Assembly: GCA_021323375.2 (NCBI GenBank)
Contig: JAJPCT020000012.1
Location: forward strand, 1-19,580
Source of the DNA: Candidatus Wolframiiraptor gerlachensis
GTDB taxonomy: Archaea; Thermoproteota; Nitrososphaeria_A; Caldarchaeales; Wolframiiraptoraceae
Length of the DNA: 19,580 bases
Reading direction: 5' to 3'
Part shown: positions 1 through 7,552 of the stretch, in pieces
Layout: each line of letters starts with the position of its first letter
How positions within the stretch are numbered: the first letter of the stretch is position 1
Notes under the pieces: model-generated
The model's database searches: none
Seen by the model: only the letters and a program-made list of their open reading frames with translations
What the model was told of the DNA's origin: nothing
Translations under genes and position numbers: made by a program

Positions 1-1193
1 GCGGAAAACTTCATACCGGCAGGTCTAGGAATGATCAGATAGCCCTTGACATAAGGCTGAGGGCCAGGCGCCTCCTCCTCGAGATCTGGGAGGCTGCGCT
101 CAAGCTGGCCGAGGAGCTTCTCTCAAGGGCCGAGAAGGAGCTTGAGACCCCGATAATTCACTACACCCACCTACAACATGCCCAAGTCGGATATGTCTCC
201 CAGTATCTTCTAGCTCATCTGGACCACCTGTTAAGGGATATCGAGAGACTAGAGGGCTGCTACCGGAGGACGAACAGGTCTCCGCTGGGAGCATGCGCGG
301 TCGCTGGATCAACATTACCGCTAAACAGGGAGCTAGTTGCACGCCTCCTCGGATTCGACGGCCTTGTTGAGAACTCGGTCGACGCGGTCAGCTCTAGGGA
401 TTTCGCCCTTGAAGCATTATCTGCTGTCGCCATAATGATGGTGAACCTGAGCAGGATTTCGGAGGACCTGATAATCTGGTCCACGAGCGAGTTCGACTAC
501 GTGGAGCTCCCGGATAGCCTCGCCTCACCATCCAGCATCATGCCCCACAAGAAGAACCCATGCATTCTAGAGCTTCTCAGAGCGAAGACGGCGAAGGTGA
601 TTGGCCTCCTAACAGGCTTCTTATCACTAATGAAGGGGCTGCCGACAGGATATGATCGAGACATGCAGGAGGGTAAGCCGCTGATCTGGATGGCGCTCAA
701 GGAGGCGAGAAGCTCCCTCAACATAATGGCGAAGACGATAAGCTCCATAAAGTTCAAGAAGGATAAGATCATCGAGGCAATAGAGCAGAGCTATGCGCCG
801 GCGATCGAGCTGACCGAGGCGCTGATAAAGCATGCAGGCCTTTCCCTCAGAGAGGCGCATAAGCTCGTCGGCTACATAGTGAAGGCCCTCCACGAGCAAG
901 GTAGAGCGCTGAGGACGTTGACGCCGGAGGAACTATCGACGGCCGCCAGCCGCGTGCTCGGCAAGAACATAACCCTGCCACCCACAATCTTAGAGAAGGC
1001 CGTAGATGCCATGGAGATACCAGGACGGAGAACGACGGTGGGATCCGCGAGCCCCAAAGAAATCAGGAAAATGATCGAAAGGCGGCGCGAGATGCTTGCT
1101 CAGGCATGGGTGGGATTCAAAAGTGCTGAGAAGAATCTTTTGCAAGCGAGGCAATTTTTTGAAGAATCTTTAAAAAGAATCATGAAAGGCTGA
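1..1193 (+). CDS. argH: Argininosuccinate lyase (5' end outside window)
   Basis: Frame open from nt 3: GKLHTGRSRNDQ, HYTHLQHAQ, SPLGACAVAGS, NSVDAVSSRDF, and the fumarase/ASL signature SSIMPHKKNP; adjacent to argG. The track start at 435 is internal. Confidence 0.93.
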   Translation, partial: GKLHTGRSRNDQIALDIRLRARRLLLEIWEAALKLAEELLSRAEKELETPIIHYTHLQHAQVGYVSQYLLAHLDHLLRDIERLEGCYRRTNRSPLGACAVAGSTLPLNRELVARLLGFDGLVENSVDAVSSRDFALEALSAVAIMMVNLSRISEDLIIWSTSEFDYVELPDSLASPSSIMPHKKNPCILELLRAKTAKVIGLLTGFLSLMKGLPTGYDRDMQEGKPLIWMALKEARSSLNIMAKTISSIKFKKDKIIEAIEQSYAPAIELTEALIKHAGLSLREAHKLVGYIVKALHEQGRALRTLTPEELSTAASRVLGKNITLPPTILEKAVDAMEIPGRRTTVGSASPKEIRKMIERRREMLAQAWVGFKSAEKNLLQARQFFEESLKRIMKG

Positions 1194-1248
1194 GGACTTT
1201 TCACTATATCCTTATTAGTAACCAATAGATCTAAACCTATCCGAAAGC

Positions 1249-2436
1249 ATGGCGGACAAGAGAGTAGTTTTAGCATATTCGGGAGGCCTAGACTCAACCC
1301 TGATAGCGATCCTGCTTCGAGAACACTATAAGTTCGACGAGGTTGTCGGTGTCTGCCTCGATGTCGGCCAGGGCGATGAGGAGATAGCCTTGGCAAAGGA
1401 GCGGGCCGAGAAGCTAGCAATAGACCTGAGGCTAATCGACGCAAAGGAGGAGTTCGTTAAGGAGATGGTGCATCGATGCATAAAGGCGAATGGCAGCTGG
1501 GAGGGATATCCAATGGGTACATCGATGACGCGGATACTGGTCGGGATGAAGGCGGCTAAGATCGCGGTTGAGGAGGGCATAGAGTACCTGGCCCATGGCT
1601 GCACAGGCAAGGGCAATGACCAGTTCAGGATCGAGACCGCGGCCAAATACGTTGCACCCCACCTTCAGATAATAGCCCCTGTTAGAGAGCTCAACCTGAC
1701 GAGGGATCAAGAAGAGGAGATGCTGAGAAAATATGGTATAGATCCCACGAAGAGGGCGAAGGGCAAGATCGGCGGGGACGTGAACCTCTGGTCTCACTCG
1801 ATTGGCAGCGGCCAGTTCACGGATCTCAAAACCCAGTGTCCGGACGAGGAATATTACTGGGTTAAGCCCCTAAGCGAGGCGCCTGATAAACCGCGAGACC
1901 TGACAATAACCTTCAAGAACGGCGTGCCCGTTGAGGTGGATGGAATCAAGGATCCGGTCAAGATGATAATAGACCTAAACTACATCGTCGGGGAATATGG
2001 GATAGGCAAGATCGACATACTCGAGGATGGCATGATAGGGTTCAAGTCTAGGGAGATATATGAAGCCCCCGCGGCCACTGTCCTCCTCGCAGCCCACGCG
2101 GACCTAGAGCACCTAACACTAACAAGGGAGCAGCTAATGTTCAAGCGGATAGTAGATCTCCAGTGGTCCTACCTCGTATACAATGCCCAGTGGCTCCACC
2201 CGCTGAGAAAAGACCTAGACGCGTTCATAGACTCAACACAGAAATACGTGAACGGCACGATAACCGTAAGGCTGGAAAAGGGATTCTTCAGGATAATCGA
2301 GAGAGACTCGCCCGACTCGCTATTCGCTCCTGAGATAAGAAGCCTAAGAGCAACAGGATTCGACCAGAGAGATGCGACTGGTGCCGTGAAGATATTCACA
2401 CTACCATTCCAGTTATACGCCAAGAAAGGAAGATAA
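1249..2436 (+). CDS. argG: Argininosuccinate synthase family protein (divergent substrate pocket)
   Basis: PP-loop LAYSGGLDS, HGCTGKGNDQFR, KSREIYEAP; 395 aa; follows argH. Confidence 0.85.
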   Translation: MADKRVVLAYSGGLDSTLIAILLREHYKFDEVVGVCLDVGQGDEEIALAKERAEKLAIDLRLIDAKEEFVKEMVHRCIKANGSWEGYPMGTSMTRILVGMKAAKIAVEEGIEYLAHGCTGKGNDQFRIETAAKYVAPHLQIIAPVRELNLTRDQEEEMLRKYGIDPTKRAKGKIGGDVNLWSHSIGSGQFTDLKTQCPDEEYYWVKPLSEAPDKPRDLTITFKNGVPVEVDGIKDPVKMIIDLNYIVGEYGIGKIDILEDGMIGFKSREIYEAPAATVLLAAHADLEHLTLTREQLMFKRIVDLQWSYLVYNAQWLHPLRKDLDAFIDSTQKYVNGTITVRLEKGFFRIIERDSPDSLFAPEIRSLRATGFDQRDATGAVKIFTLPFQLYAKKGR

Positions 2437-2523
2437 AAGCCGAGACGGTGATCCCAACCCCCCTTACTAAATTTCTTTAAGAATGTTTGAACACTCATTC
2501 AAAATGCGTAGAGTTAAGGTTTA

Positions 2524-2895
2524 ATGCGTGAGGGGAGACCATCCCATACGCACTGGAACAGCCAGCCGCTAGGGAACTATGGCCAAGACTTGGATGTCGG
2601 CGTTCTAGGATGGAACGTGATGATATCAGCATTATTGACGCTAAAGATGTATGGCTATAGGGGGTACTTCGGAATAGACATAAACCCTGAGAGGATCCCG
2701 GTTGAGACCGCCCTGACGAACACGATGAACGCCATTAGAATCGCCAACGCGATAATTGAGAGAATGGATTATGATAGGCTTGTCGAGGCATTCTACAACC
2801 CAGCAGAAAACAGGGGAGTAATCGAAGACGTATACCTGAGAGCAATCGCGCCCCCGGGCACCGAGCTAAAGCCAATACCAAAGACCAAATACTGA
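2524..2895 (+). pseudogene. C-terminal fragment of a xylose-isomerase-like TIM-barrel protein
   Basis: HWNSQPLGNYGQDLDVG and GYRGYFGIDINP resemble the DQDL and GYxG..FD motifs of the last third of XylA-like isomerases; only 123 aa, with no room upstream for the N-terminal part. Confidence 0.6.
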
Positions 2896-2980
2896 AGTTT
2901 TAAGCGGATCTCTCCTCATCACAATATTTTTCAATGCTTGGCTTGTAAATGATCCGACTACTTAGATAAAGTGAATCATG

Positions 2981-3010
2981 TGGGCCCGGTGGGATTCGAA
3001 CCCACGACCT
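2981..3010 (-). repeat. Isolated intron-less tRNA 3' half (att-like remnant)
   Basis: Minus strand AGGTC-GTGGG-TTCGAAT-CCCAC-CGGGCCC-A: variable loop, perfect T-arm, 3' acceptor strand and discriminator. No D-arm or 5' acceptor strand upstream. 26/29 nt identical to the spliced 3' end of the tRNA at 4887-4982. Confidence 0.85.
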
Positions 3011-3389
3011 TCCCTTCTGATTAGTCCAAAGTAAACTAACTACCAATGATGGATGTTTAAGCTTAAGCTTGAAAAATGTTGGATTGAGACTCCTAGAACA
3101 GCTGTCCGGAATAGATACGATAATAAGGTCTTATAAAACCCGAAAACTCAGACTTCACAAACCCTACAAGCTTTTTTTGAAGATCATTCCCAGCCTAATA
3201 GACCTACCCTAACCTGAGAAAAGATATCTACACTAACCCAAACAGACAAGACAGACCGAAACATGAACAAAGCAGACCTAACATAACCGCCCCCTAGAAG
3301 TGAGCATAAAGCAGCTTGAAAATGTAAGGGGAAAAGGGTGGGAGGGTTTAATGGAGGGAAGGGGGAGAAGCTTCATCCCCTTCTCAGTA

Positions 3390-4220
3390 TCAACAGTATC
3401 TTCTCACCAGCTCCATCAGCGCTGCCCGCTTCCGCGCAATAGCAAAGCCAACTTCCTTGGCAAACCTCAAAATATTATCCTCACCATAGATTGCTAAACA
3501 CATTATGAACCCGCTATTACGGTGATATAACTTGCCGGTTTTCGGGCATTTCATGAACTCGTCCCGGTGGAACTCATGCATCCTGCAATCGATGCCGAGC
3601 TTTCCGAGAAGCTCCTCAAATAAACCAATAATCCTAGGATCCGTATTATACGCTGCAATCTGATAACGATCAATGTTGACCGATCCTTCCGCGTCGAAGA
3701 ACCCTCGGCATGCCTCCGCCGGATATTCCTCGAGATAAGGCTTCAGAATCCAAGGATCGTCCTCCCTAGCCCTCTTTAGTAGATCGTATAGTAGTACACT
3801 GGATCCTTTAATGACCCATCTCTGGTCATTATCATCCCATCTCGGCACGTACGGCTTCGATCTACCAAGAGCCTCAGCGAGACGGCGACCCCACTCCTCG
3901 GCGAAATCGTAGTCGCTCACCTCAAGCTTAACATAGTATTCGTATTTTCTCCTGTCGCGGGCAAGTCTTCCATCTCCAAGCCAAGCGCCGACGACATATG
4001 CCAGCCCAGGCCCCTCAACTATCCTATTACATCTGCCAAGTGGATAGTGGACCCCACTAATCCATTTGTATATCATGCCAGGATTCAGCCGGACACCATA
4101 TTTCTCCCAGATGATCCTCGCTATCCGCTTATAGCCGAGACCCAGCCCTCTAAGCCACATAACCTCATCATAGAATCTAAGCCTCTCCTCGGGACTCTTA
4201 CATTTCCTCACCATTCTCAC
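3390..4220 (-). CDS. Free-standing LAGLIDADG (DOD) homing-endonuclease-like protein with N-terminal HTH-like domain
   Basis: Two motifs, LAYVVGAWLGDG and ACRGFFDAEG, followed by AYNTD..IGLFEELLGKLGI; N-terminal GLGYKRIARII..GMIYKW is HTH-like; no intein splicing residues. Confidence 0.88.
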   Translation of the reverse strand: MRMVRKCKSPEERLRFYDEVMWLRGLGLGYKRIARIIWEKYGVRLNPGMIYKWISGVHYPLGRCNRIVEGPGLAYVVGAWLGDGRLARDRRKYEYYVKLEVSDYDFAEEWGRRLAEALGRSKPYVPRWDDNDQRWVIKGSSVLLYDLLKRAREDDPWILKPYLEEYPAEACRGFFDAEGSVNIDRYQIAAYNTDPRIIGLFEELLGKLGIDCRMHEFHRDEFMKCPKTGKLYHRNSGFIMCLAIYGEDNILRFAKEVGFAIARKRAALMELVRRYC

Positions 4221-4580
4221 ACCTCCACCTCATCAAGGACGTCCTGCCTGCCCTACCAGTCTATGACCTGCTCCAGTAGCTCATATATCTCTGCCTTCAG
4301 CCTCTCTATAAATGGCGATCCGAGCCACTTAGCATAGTATCAGCAGAACTCAAAAACATCGTCCTTGTCCTTCCGCGTAGTCCGTTAGTTTAACCCTGAA
4401 ATCCGCCCCCGAATCGGCCAACAGATCCAAAAAGGCGTCAACGCAATCGATCAGGTGCTTGAAGTGCTGGAGGGCTCTGGGGCCCAATTCCGCGAACGCA
4501 CCAGAATATTTTTCTTCAATGTCCTTCAACAATCTTCCAAGATCCACCCCTATCTCGCTATCCAGCCATGTCCCCACCAA
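4217..4580 (-). pseudogene. Disrupted hypothetical gene (1 frameshift, 2 in-frame stops) coupled to the LAGLIDADG gene
   Basis: ORF 4350-4580 continues after a frameshift near 4373 as KDKDDVFEFC*YYAKWLGSPFIERLKAEIYELLEQVIDW*GRQDVLDEVEV*; stops at 4340-4342 and 4253-4255; final TGA overlaps the LAGLIDADG GTG start (GTGA). Confidence 0.62.
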
Positions 4581-4886
4581 AGCTCCCCCGCCCCTCAGCC
4601 TATCTCCCTTACTACACTCCCTAGAGGGGTTGAGGCTGACCCTGTGGTTCTGATATTAACCCCCATAAAACAGGTTTGTGGAGCAGAAAATTCAGCGGAT
4701 TTATTTTCGAGAATTAAGCCTCCACAAAATCGATTAAAAGGGGATAAAGAACCGAAGTTCCATTTCGTGAAGGTTTGTAAGGGCGATTTAGAAAAGGGGG
4801 GTTGAAGAGACTTCAAATCACATAGCTCTCAAGAAGGGGGAGGTCTTAGGTTCACATGCTTTACAAACTTTAGTTTTGAGGGATAA

Positions 4887-4982
4887 TGGGCCCGCTGGGA
4901 TCTGTTCCGGCCTCTTCGGCCGATTGAACCCAGGACCACCCGGTTATGAGCCGGGCGCTCCGCCAGGCTGAGCTACGGGCCC
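4887..4982 (-). tRNA. tRNA-Ile2(CAT) with 22-nt intron at position 58/59 (intron 4902-4923)
   Basis: GGGCCCG TA GCTC AGCCTGGCG GAGC G CCCGG CTCATAA CCGGG TGGTC CTGGG TTCAA[TCGGCCGAAGAGGCCGGAACAG]AT CCCAG CGGGCCC A. A GGGCCC acceptor with A73 fits archaeal Ile2 rather than initiator (AGC..) or elongator Met (GCC..). Confidence 0.9.
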
Positions 4983-5007
4983 TCTTTTGATTCTTCTTCT
5001 AGCCTAG

Positions 5008-5014
5008 ATTTAAT
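5008..5014 (-). promoter_or_regulatory. Probable TATA box of tRNA-Ile2
   Basis: ATTAAAT on the minus strand 26-32 nt upstream of the mature 5' end. Confidence 0.45.
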
Positions 5015-5022
5015 GGTTACTT

Positions 5023-5817
5023 TCAGGCTGAGAGAAATCCGCCGTCAACGGGGATTATTGCGCCGGTTACGTAGGATGAGAGGTCGCTTGCGAGGACTAG
5101 CGCTATTCTCGCGACCTCGTCAGGCTCCCCCATCCTGCCTAGGGGGATCCTATGCATGAACTCGACCGCCGTCCTGACGAGCTTGATCCTCAGCTTGAGA
5201 ATCTGCTTGGCCGCATCCTTAACCCCTCGTGTCATTATGCCTCCCGGGACTATGGCGTTGACCCTGAACCCATGTCTGCCATACTCTTTCGCTAAGCTTC
5301 TCGTGAGGGCGATTACGCCGGCCTTGCTAATCATGTAATGCGCGAGATCCTTGGCGAAGGGTAATATGGCCTCTATGGACCCAATATTTATGATCACGCC
5401 ACCCCTATCCAGCCTCCTCCTTATCATCTCCTGACACATCCAGAAGGCAGCATCCAAGTTTATGCTGACAACTTTTCTAAGAAATTCCTCATCAACTTCC
5501 AAGAAGTTTTTGAACGGGTATATGCCAGCATTATTGACGAGGATATCCGGCTCCCTACCACTTAAGCCCTCCCACAGTTTACTAATCTCAGATCTATTGG
5601 ATAAATCTACGACATGCATGTTCACCTCGACATTAAAGTCCGCGAGCATCTTTTTGATCCTTTGCAGTCCTTCCTCATTGATGTCCACGAGTTCTAGATC
5701 CGCTCCAGCCTCCGCGAACCTGTAGGCAATTGCCTCGCCGATTCCTGCTGCAGCTCCGGTGATTAGACCTCTCCTGCCCCTCAATGATATGAGCTCCGAG
5801 ATGGGCTTAGGCCTCAT
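5023..5817 (-). CDS. Short-chain dehydrogenase/reductase (FabG-like)
   Basis: TGAAAGIG, LVNNAG, YMISK (YxxxK), RVNAIVPG, VDGG. Start moved to the ATG at 5817 because the track start lies inside tRNA-Glu. Confidence 0.92.
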   Translation of the reverse strand: MRPKPISELISLRGRRGLITGAAAGIGEAIAYRFAEAGADLELVDINEEGLQRIKKMLADFNVEVNMHVVDLSNRSEISKLWEGLSGREPDILVNNAGIYPFKNFLEVDEEFLRKVVSINLDAAFWMCQEMIRRRLDRGGVIINIGSIEAILPFAKDLAHYMISKAGVIALTRSLAKEYGRHGFRVNAIVPGGIMTRGVKDAAKQILKLRIKLVRTAVEFMHRIPLGRMGEPDEVARIALVLASDLSSYVTGAIIPVDGGFLSA

Positions 5818-5856
5818 ACCACGCTGAACGATGTCACGGAGTATAGATAAGCGTGA

Positions 5857-5931
5857 TGCTCCGGCCGGGATTTGAACCCGGGTCACGGGCTCGAAAGGCC
5901 CGTATACTTGTCCGGGCTATACTACCGGAGC
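5857..5931 (-). tRNA. tRNA-Glu(TTC), intron-less
   Basis: GCTCCGG..CGGGC CTTTCGA GCCCG..CCGGG TTCAAAT CCCGG CCGGAGC A cloverleaf. Confidence 0.96.
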
Positions 5932-5958
5932 ACCCGGTTAAAGGCTTGACTTGGGTCC

Positions 5959-5965
5959 TTTAAAA
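5959..5965 (-). promoter_or_regulatory. Probable TATA box of tRNA-Glu (possibly shared with the divergent Lsm gene)
   Basis: GAGA-TTTTAAA on the minus strand ~28 nt upstream of the tRNA. Confidence 0.5.
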
Positions 5966-6030
5966 TCTCACCCTCGGCGGGTTATATCCTTATGAGCGGG
6001 CTTCTGGCTCTTGTTTCTGGAGGGCTGTGG

Positions 6031-6459
6031 TTGTCGGCGGTAATCTCCAAGAGGTTCTCGGATGAGCTCTCAGCGCTGGTAGGCAAGAAGGTTAGGGTTG
6101 TTCTATCGAGTGGTGGATGCTTCGAGGGAACAGTCGCGGCGCTTAACCCGGCTGACTACAGCATCTGGCTCTCGGATGTAAGGGAGAAGGATGGCGGCGC
6201 CTATGATAAGGTGTTCATCTCGGGCAGGAGCATACAGTGTCTCTTTGTGCTAGAGGCTGGGCCGGATCTATCAAAGCTCGCTGAGAGGCTTAACAGGGTC
6301 TTCCCGAACATGGTTCGCTATATCAAGGAGGCTGATGTGATAATCGTGATGGATAGGATAAGGGTTACGAGGGATGGTGTGGTCGAGGGCACCGGGCCCG
6401 CCGCTGAGCGCGTGAAAAAGATCTATGAGGAATGGCTTAGCGAAGAGGCAAGGACATGA
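6031..6459 (+). CDS. Sm-like protein with C-terminal extension (SmAP3/Lsm-C type)
   Basis: Sm1-like LVGKKVRVVLSSGGCFEGTV..IWLSD, Sm2-like KVFISGRSI, and C-terminal domain (VIIVMDRIRVTRDGVVEGTGPAAERVKKIYEE). Start uncertain (TTG 6031 vs ATG 5992). Confidence 0.82.
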   Translation: MSAVISKRFSDELSALVGKKVRVVLSSGGCFEGTVAALNPADYSIWLSDVREKDGGAYDKVFISGRSIQCLFVLEAGPDLSKLAERLNRVFPNMVRYIKEADVIIVMDRIRVTRDGVVEGTGPAAERVKKIYEEWLSEEART

Positions 6460-6570
6460 AGTATTCCAAGACACAAGCTCCGGCATTGTCATTGTATAAG
6501 GGTGGTATCATATTTCTAGAAGCAAAGCTTAGACTAAAAAGGTGCTTCTCCTACTTTTATAAGCAGGGAC

Positions 6571-7515
6571 TTGGATATACGGGTTGTCGACGTTTTCGCC
6601 GGCTGTGGTGGCTTTAGCCTAGGCTTTGGTAAAGCGGTGAAAGCGGCGATAGAGAATCACCCTCACATAGTCAAGACGTACATGCGGAACTTTCCTTGGG
6701 TCTCGGTCTTCCCCGAGGATGCCAAGCGCGTGTGCGGCAAGTTCATACTGGATATTCTGGGAGGCGAGGTTGATATCGTCATCGGCGGCCCTCCATGCGA
6801 GCCGTTTACGAGCATGAATAGGCGGAGGAAGGTGGATCCCCTTGACAGGCTTCTAAGCGACTCTCAAGGCAGGCTCGTCATGGAATTCATCAGACTCGTG
6901 GAGGAGCTTAGGCCCAAGATATTCATTATGGAGAATGTGCATGAGCTCGTGGAAGAGCCGCTTGGAAGCCTTCTCAAGAAGTTTTTCGCGAGGATAGGCT
7001 ATGAGGCGCACTTCAACTTTATCGAGGCGCATCGGTATGGTGTGCCCTCCAAGAGATATAGAGTCTTCATCTCGAATATCGTGCTGGATCTCTCGGGGAT
7101 GGAGGAGAGGCCGAAGAATGTTGAGGAGGCATTATCCGGTCTTGGAGAATTCGGCGAGGTCCCGAATCATGTCCCGGTTAAGATTGGCAGGATAAAGTTG
7201 AGGAGGATTAGCAGACTAAAGTGGGGAGAGGCCCTCTACACATTTAGAGGAGTTTCGGGGAAAGTTTACAGGAATTGGGTCAGACTTCATCCGAAACATA
7301 TCGCTCCCACGATTCATGGGAGATCACGCTTTATACATCCGTATGAGGATAGGCTCTTGACCGTAAGGGAACAGGCTAGGCTGATGAGCTTCCCGGATAA
7401 TCACATCTTCCTCGGAGGGATGAATACTCAGTTCGACCAAGTTGGAGAGGCAGTTCCACCTCTCCTAGCAGCGAAGATCGCTAAGATAGCCTTCAAGGCT
7501 TTGAACGAACTTTAA
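6571..7515 (+). CDS. C5 cytosine (DNA) methyltransferase, no cognate restriction enzyme nearby
   Basis: Motif I DVFAGCGG, IV GGPPC, VI ENV, VIII PSKRYR, IX RLMSFP, X QVGEAVPP. Confidence 0.9.
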   Translation: MDIRVVDVFAGCGGFSLGFGKAVKAAIENHPHIVKTYMRNFPWVSVFPEDAKRVCGKFILDILGGEVDIVIGGPPCEPFTSMNRRRKVDPLDRLLSDSQGRLVMEFIRLVEELRPKIFIMENVHELVEEPLGSLLKKFFARIGYEAHFNFIEAHRYGVPSKRYRVFISNIVLDLSGMEERPKNVEEALSGLGEFGEVPNHVPVKIGRIKLRRISRLKWGEALYTFRGVSGKVYRNWVRLHPKHIAPTIHGRSRFIHPYEDRLLTVREQARLMSFPDNHIFLGGMNTQFDQVGEAVPPLLAAKIAKIAFKALNEL

Positions 7516-7552
7516 GCAGGAATGAGCATTTTTTCATAGTGTTTTTGAGAGG

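Larger units (their letters stand above)
2981..4934 (-). mobile_element. Putative decayed tRNA-integrated element
   Basis: Bounded by the tRNA-Ile2 3' end and a co-oriented tRNA 3'-half copy; carries a homing-endonuclease-like gene, a pseudogene and long non-coding stretches; no integrase seen. Confidence 0.5.

Noticed and set aside
3066-3325. Direct repeat AGCTTGAAAA (3066-3075 and 3313-3322) with short CAGAC repeats between; considered as MITE/TSD or iterons
   Set aside because: No terminal inverted repeats or regular spacing; could be chance in AT-rich DNA.
4455-4816. ORFs 4455-4805, 4459-4653 and 4595-4816
   Set aside because: Atypical composition, overlap the pseudogene or repeat-rich non-coding DNA, no motifs.
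4720-4885. TCCA...GGGG strings resembling ORB origin boxes
   Set aside because: Spacing and core do not match the ORB consensus, and no cdc6/orc1 is in the window.
5818-5886. N-terminal extension of the SDR ORF given in the track
   Set aside because: Overlaps tRNA-Glu; the ATG at 5817 gives a normal SDR length.
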